Below, in pieces: positions 58,610 to 64,000 of a stretch of 64,000 bases of DNA. Both the position numbers and the translations under genes were made by a program. Positions within the stretch are counted from its first letter, which is position 1; each line of letters starts with the position of its first letter. Origin of the DNA: Entomortierella parvispora E1425 (taxonomy: Eukaryota > Fungi > Mortierellomycota); the NCBI GenBank assembly GCA_020891255.1, contig BQFW01000006.1, forward strand, positions 434,001 to 498,000, written 5' to 3'. A model generated the notes under the pieces. It ran no database searches. It was not told the origin of the DNA and was given only the letters and a program-made list of their open reading frames with translations.

Positions 58610-59440
58610 TTAGTGGTGATCGAGAGGCTCCTATTTAGGGACGAAGGATGGCGGGTTAGTTTCACCCACAATGCCAGTATGGTATAAAGTCTTGGACACT
58701 GTAGATTAGCAACTTACAGCGGTATCGGGATGAATATTACGCTCGAACTTGGTACCACCTGGGGCAGTGGGTGCTATGAAAAAAAGCGTAAGAAAAAGAC
58801 GTTAGTATCATGTTTTAATCAGCAGTAGAAATTTCGCCGTCTTGTTTGCCGACACTGAACAGCCTGAACCTCTCCTCTATCGGTGGCAGTCTTTTCAACA
58901 AGTATTCTCCAGCTGTTGCCCCTGTTAGGATATCTCAGAAATTGTTCCCGAAGCTAGTTAAGTGCGGTCTCTTGTTATTCTTTAACATGGAGTGTCGGCA
59001 GTCGTTATCGCCCGACATGCATCCCGCTTATAGCAAGTGTGTTCTTTTTCGTCGACTGGGGCCTCTGCGGTGCCACTGTAATACGATCCGGTCTCCGATT
59101 CCGTGATATACTTCTTGTCCAAGTGGGGTTCTCATCCTTTCGCGAGCAATTGCCCCTCCATCTCGGAGTGAATCAGGCTTAACAAAAGGAATTGTCCCGA
59201 GGTATTACCGATATAGGGGTCGGGGTGTCTCAACTCCTGGAGCTGACGCTCGGCCTCCTGGACAGCCTGGGCGATCTGGCGAGGGTGGCGGAGGTTCTTG
59301 TTGGCATCGAATTGGATCCGGAGCTCAACGGCCTTGCGGCGGAAGAGGTTGGTGTCGATGTACCAGTCCTGGGCGGTCTTAAGCGACCGCTTGTATAATG
59401 ACTGGACCAGACGGCGATGGGCAAGCTGGGCCTCGGACAT
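58610..59440 (-). CDS. NDUFB9: NADH dehydrogenase complex I subunit B22 (LYR family, 102 aa); exons 59440-59209, 58773-58718, 58630-58610
   Basis: VQSLYKRSLKTAQDW...FDANKN...RHPDPYI|APTAPGGTKFERN signature; splice phases are consistent. Confidence 0.93.
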
Positions 59441-59619
59441 GATGTGCTGATGAATGGAGTGGAGAGTGGAGAGGAGCAGCGAATAACCAGATGGCCGACG
59501 GGCAGATCGCATTGCCGAAACGCGACCCGCCGAGTCGGATGATGACACTGGGTATTCAATTTCATCGCTGATGCAATAAGTCAATTTGATTCAGTCACAT
59601 TTTGCGCCACCAATTTTTA

Positions 59620-62600
59620 TTATTTGCTCCGGAACCGTGGACCAGAGTGCAGCTCAAGTTCGAATAGGAGATCCAAGCGTGGCCTTTGTGGAGGGCGTCC
59701 ATAGGCAGTGGACATGATGCGGTAACCACGCTCGATTTCCTCTTCCTCCAAATGATCCAAATGGTCCAGGTCGAGCAGGGTATTCTTACATGCGTTCCAT
59801 TTGCCCGTAGTGCGAGATCGGACGCTGTCAATGTAGTCCAGGTTCTTTAGCGGTTCAAACGTGAAGTCACCAATCCGACGACGGCGTTCGTGAGAGAATG
59901 ATAAAGCTGAATACGTCGCGAACTTTTCGCGGTGCGAGAGAGCCAGATTGGCTGCTGAATACGATAGACTGTCACCTTTGGGATGAGGAGGTCCCCAAGG
60001 CGATTCCTTGCGAACGGCTGGGCGGCCTCTGTGAAATAGTCCCTTCTTTCCTCTGGACGCAACCGTCATATGTGCTGGAGTCCACGATTCTGTAGATGCC
60101 GGGCGTTGCCAGGATAAATTCAAAAGAGTCGAAGCGCCCATGCTGGAGTGCTTGGATTGGCGGCGCTTGGCAGCTTTACTCTTAGATTTGGTACCACACC
60201 CATTCATCTCAGTTTCAAGAAGGCTGGTCGTCGTTGTCGTCAAAACTTCAGCCTTATCGTGGTCATTTCTTGGCGGTACATTCGAGGCTGGAGCATGAGT
60301 CTGTTCCCGCATGGACTTGCTCTTGCCATTCCAAGGGAACCATGAAGTAGCAGACGGCGCCTCTGCTGATGGTGTCAGTGGCGCAGATGCAGCCGGATTT
60401 GCTTGTACCATGCCCGCCTTCATCAGTTGCTTGAGGCTACTTCGCTTTTTCTTTAGAGTCATCCTTGACAAGAGCGAGCTAGACGCTGCGACATCTGCAT
60501 GGGTGCATTCTGCCACAGCTGCCTTTGACAACTCACCTGTGGAGTCAATCGGCCCATATGGGAGAGCAAAGAACTTGCCCGCATCCATTCGATGTTGCGC
60601 CTCTGTAGCGATACATTGCTCCAAGAATGAAGTCGTGACATCAAACTCTACCCCAACCTCAAATTCACCTCGGCTGCTGTATCCTCCACCCCCAATCGGC
60701 ACCATCGAGCCACCATGGATACCACTTAAGCTCTTGCGGCTGGATTTTGAGACGATAGAGTGCAGACCCATTGATCCTGGGCGGGACTCCGCAGTGTCAT
60801 TGACCAACGAAGATGGTGGCCTTGCGATTTCAGCCCAGGGTCCAAGCCTCTCTTCTTCTGACAGTAGATCGTGGCTAGAGTAACGCTGTATGGAGGGGCG
60901 CCCAACCAAACGTTGTCCTTTGGCCTTGCTGAGGCTACTACCAGCCATCGCCTCGCCCTCTCGGTCGCATTGCTCCTGAAGTTCTTCCTCCAGTGGGACA
61001 TGTTCAGAAACGGCAGCTCGTCCCTCCTCATCGACTTCGTTGTTGTCCTCCTCTACCTCACTTCGATCGCTGTCATCAGTGAGTCCAGCAAACACGTCTG
61101 GCTCGTCTCCCCACGCTTCATTCAGTGGCGTGTTATGCTTGTGCCTCCGTCTCGCCAAATACTCAGGATTGATGACCCAGCACATTCTTGCCGGATCAAA
61201 GACCATCTTGCCCGCTACCTGGGTCCGCTGTTTCGAATTCTGACTGAGATTGGTGATCAAAGCAGGCCGATTTGTATTGGGAAATGGCGTAAAGCCAAAG
61301 TTGGAATGGGCGGGAGAAAGTCCAGAGTTCTCAAAAATTGACTGGTCCTTGCGAGTGACGGCCCCAACCTCCTCGTCCTCCTCTTCAAAATGATCTAGTG
61401 CGTCGTCGTTCCCGTCCCACATCTTGCCGTTAGGATTGTACACCATCCCAGCAACCTGACGGGCCTTCAGCTCTGAGAGATTTCGAATTAACTTTGGTCC
61501 AACGACGGCTTTTTGCTTTTTCCTCTTCTCCTGCATAAGGAATAAACGCGGTATATGTATTAGTCTCTTAGACATTCCACACACCACTTTAAATATCACT
61601 CATTATTTGTCTTCAATATACCTTTGATTGTTCTGAATTCTGTCCAAAGATATCAAAGAGGGATTTCCGTATCGACTTTGACTTTCGAACTATAGATGAG
61701 CCTGGCGGAGGACCTTGTTGTTCTACTACTATTATATAAATAATAGCCGTTAATTAGATATCGTTCTTCTAACGAGTGGAAATCCTTTTTTTTTTTTCAA
61801 AAAAAAAAAAAAAAAAAAAATACCTGGAGCAATTGTCTCTTTAAAGTTGGGGATAGACTGAGGCTTGCGAAGCCAGGCTGCCACACGGTCCATGGACTGT
61901 CGCCTATTGTCTTGCGCAGTTGTCTGAGGGGCTCTGCTGTCCGAGGGCACAGGAAGGTTATCAAACCGTTCCAGCTCGGAGCCATCACTGAACATGCTGT
62001 TCTTTGGTGATCTCTTGAGAAAGAAAAGGCGGGGCAGTTTGTCGATACTAGGGGCAGTAGAATGTGCATCCTCCAGATCTGCTGTTGAAATCTCTGAAAT
62101 ATTACCCAGGGGGATACCCACTCTTGACGATGGTCTGCTCTCCTTGCTGTTCTCAGTCGAATCCACAAGTGAGCCCCAGTCTGTAGAAGATGAAGACCGG
62201 GAGCTGGTGGGTCTTGCAGGTAGAGGTTTGGAGTCAGAATTCTGTTCAACCTCCGGTGTCAAAGACAATTCGGTACTCGACCCTGGCTCAGCTCTCGTAT
62301 TCAAGGTTTCAAAGACAGGGATGAGGCCTCTAGATGGAAGCCTAGGTCGGCCCAGATCCAGCTTCTTGACCAGAGTTCGAAGACTGGCAAACGACTTTGC
62401 ACCTCTTGGCGGGGATGGTAATTTTACACCATCAGGGTTATTTTGGGAGGACGACGTCTCAGTTGGCTCGGTGAAAGACACTGTTCGCATTGCCAAAGAA
62501 GATGATTTGAAAGAGGGAAAATCATCTTTGTTGCCAAGTAGAGAGTTGCGTCGGCTAGGGGAAAGTTGTAGTACTGTGGGGGTGGAAGATCGTGAAACTA

Positions 62601-64000
62601 GTGGTGTGGGGAGAGGACTGGTATTTCGACTTGACACTGCTTCGTCAGAGGCGGAGGTCGTGATTGCTGTTCTGACGCTTTCTCGTCGTGGAATGCTTGT
62701 TCGATTCGGTCGGGGAAGTGATGACTTTGAGCTCACATTCCTCAAGGGGATGTCAATGTGGGTGGAGTGTTTCCGTGAAAGACTCTGTGCAGGAGTGATT
62801 GGTCGTGAGCCATCGCCTGGAGACCTACAAAGCCGTGGAATCCTGGAGGGCTGCGCAACAAAGTCTTTAAGGGGGACCACTTGACGGTGAACACGAGAGC
62901 CACTTCTTTCTCGGCCCATAATCTGAACCCTCTCCACCAGGTTCTTGTTGCGCCCTTGTCGACGGAACACACCAGGGTCGTCGACATCCAGTCCATCCCA
63001 AAAGTCATCCAGTTCGTCGTGAATGTGAGACTCCTTTCCAAAGATTGATGGCTCCATGTCAGGCCTGTATGGGTGGGTTGTGACAAGCTTGAGGGTTCCC
63101 ATCTCCTCTGGAAAGATGATCCCATCGAGCAAGTTCTCGTCTTCAGTGCTGCTATCTCTTGAGGAAGTGCTGCTGGTCTGACTATGGTTATCCAAAGGGG
63201 TCCCAAAATCCAAATCATCGATATCTGATCCTGAATCCTGCCACTGCAATAATGAAGACTGTTTCCGAGAGAGGCCAAGCCCTTCGGCCCCTGAAGATGC
63301 TCGCCGATATTGACGTGATTGCATATTTAGCTGTAGTGATCCAAAGTCATCAGCGAACTCAAAGTCATCGTCCAGAGTTTCGATTGTGTAAGATCCTGGC
63401 AATGTACTCGTACGGCCTGCTTTCTTATCGGTTCTATACTTAAGACCCTCAAGCCCCTCCAAGGAGCCGAAGGGAGCTGTTGAGGGAAGGTGTCTCTGCA
63501 ACTGCTGGACTTCCGTGCAATGACTCTCGCCTGCATATCCCGAGCCCTCGCTTTCGGTATCCCAATTCTCTATTGAACCAAGAGTGTCAGGAACTGAAGA
63601 GGACTTTGCTAGTGCAGACCTGACGTGGCTGAACCGCAGATCCTCTTCTGGAACCTGAAGATCATCAAGGTCGTCGACCCAAGCAGCAACACGTGTGAAG
63701 GGATTCATTCGGGTAATGATTCCAGAGTATGCAGGCAAGTTGGAAAGCATCATCTCCTGCGTGATCGTAGTCATTGCCTTTTGTGATAGAGTGGGGTTGT
63801 CCTCATCGTTTTTGTCTCCGTCCTTGTGAGTAGGCGAGCCTGTGGAGGTGACAGTGGTGGTGGAGGGAGCAGTAACAGATGCAGTGATCGCTCTAGGTGA
63901 AGATGCCGCTGACGAGCAGGGCGATGCTTCATTGAGAGAGGGCAATTGCGGTTGGAGAAGTTGGGTGTTAGTAGGACCTGTAAGACGCAAAATGTCTTCT
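59620..64000 (-). CDS. byr4: Byr4/Bfa1-like septation/mitotic-exit GAP subunit, 5' end beyond the window
   Basis: GMVYNPNGKMWDGNDDAL and GKMVFDPARMCWV repeats, KLIRNL, acidic DDDFEF motifs; small middle exon ~61622-61692. Confidence 0.75.

Noticed and set aside
58774-59208. NDUFB9 intron as telomerase RNA, RNase P/MRP, U17/snR30 or TPP riboswitch
   Set aside because: There is no 1.5-repeat CTAACCCTAA-type template, P4/CR-V is incomplete, AAACCAU is absent, and the TPP-like words occur in the wrong order.

Overview
Eukaryotic, intron-containing, roughly 50% GC DNA whose gene content (Byr4/Bfa1-like, Fcf2, Adn1/SEUSS-type LIM-binding protein) indicates a fungus; an early-diverging, Mortierella-like lineage is an inference from sequence style only. 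The window has two sharply separated halves. Bases 1-35491 are a gene-free nest of transposons. It contains chromodomain Ty3/gypsy family B (111-bp LTR; three young copies B1-B3 plus an older degenerate relative B'), chromodomain family C (151-bp LTR; two full-length copies and one 5' fragment), and a long-LTR family A/E (TGTG...CACA termini, 4-bp GC-rich target duplications, nearly always lone LTRs). It also contains a DD34E Tc1/IS630-type transposon with ~440-bp TIRs, a foldback MITE and two further LTR types. Most insertions can be verified from TSDs and empty-site comparison inside the window. Bases 35647-64000 hold seven compact host genes: a LIM-binding-domain coregulator, two long coiled-coil proteins, FCF2, an unknown multi-pass membrane protein, NDUFB9 and a Byr4-like gene cut by the window edge. 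The strongest leads are the A/E lone-LTR family, the one-sided nesting order (which predicts specific sequence left of the window), two -1 frameshift signals, an extended tRNA-iMet primer site, and a structured 435-nt intron in NDUFB9. No tRNA or rRNA gene and no CRISPR array were seen. Copy-specific +1 homopolymer frameshifts suggest long-read consensus errors in the repeats.
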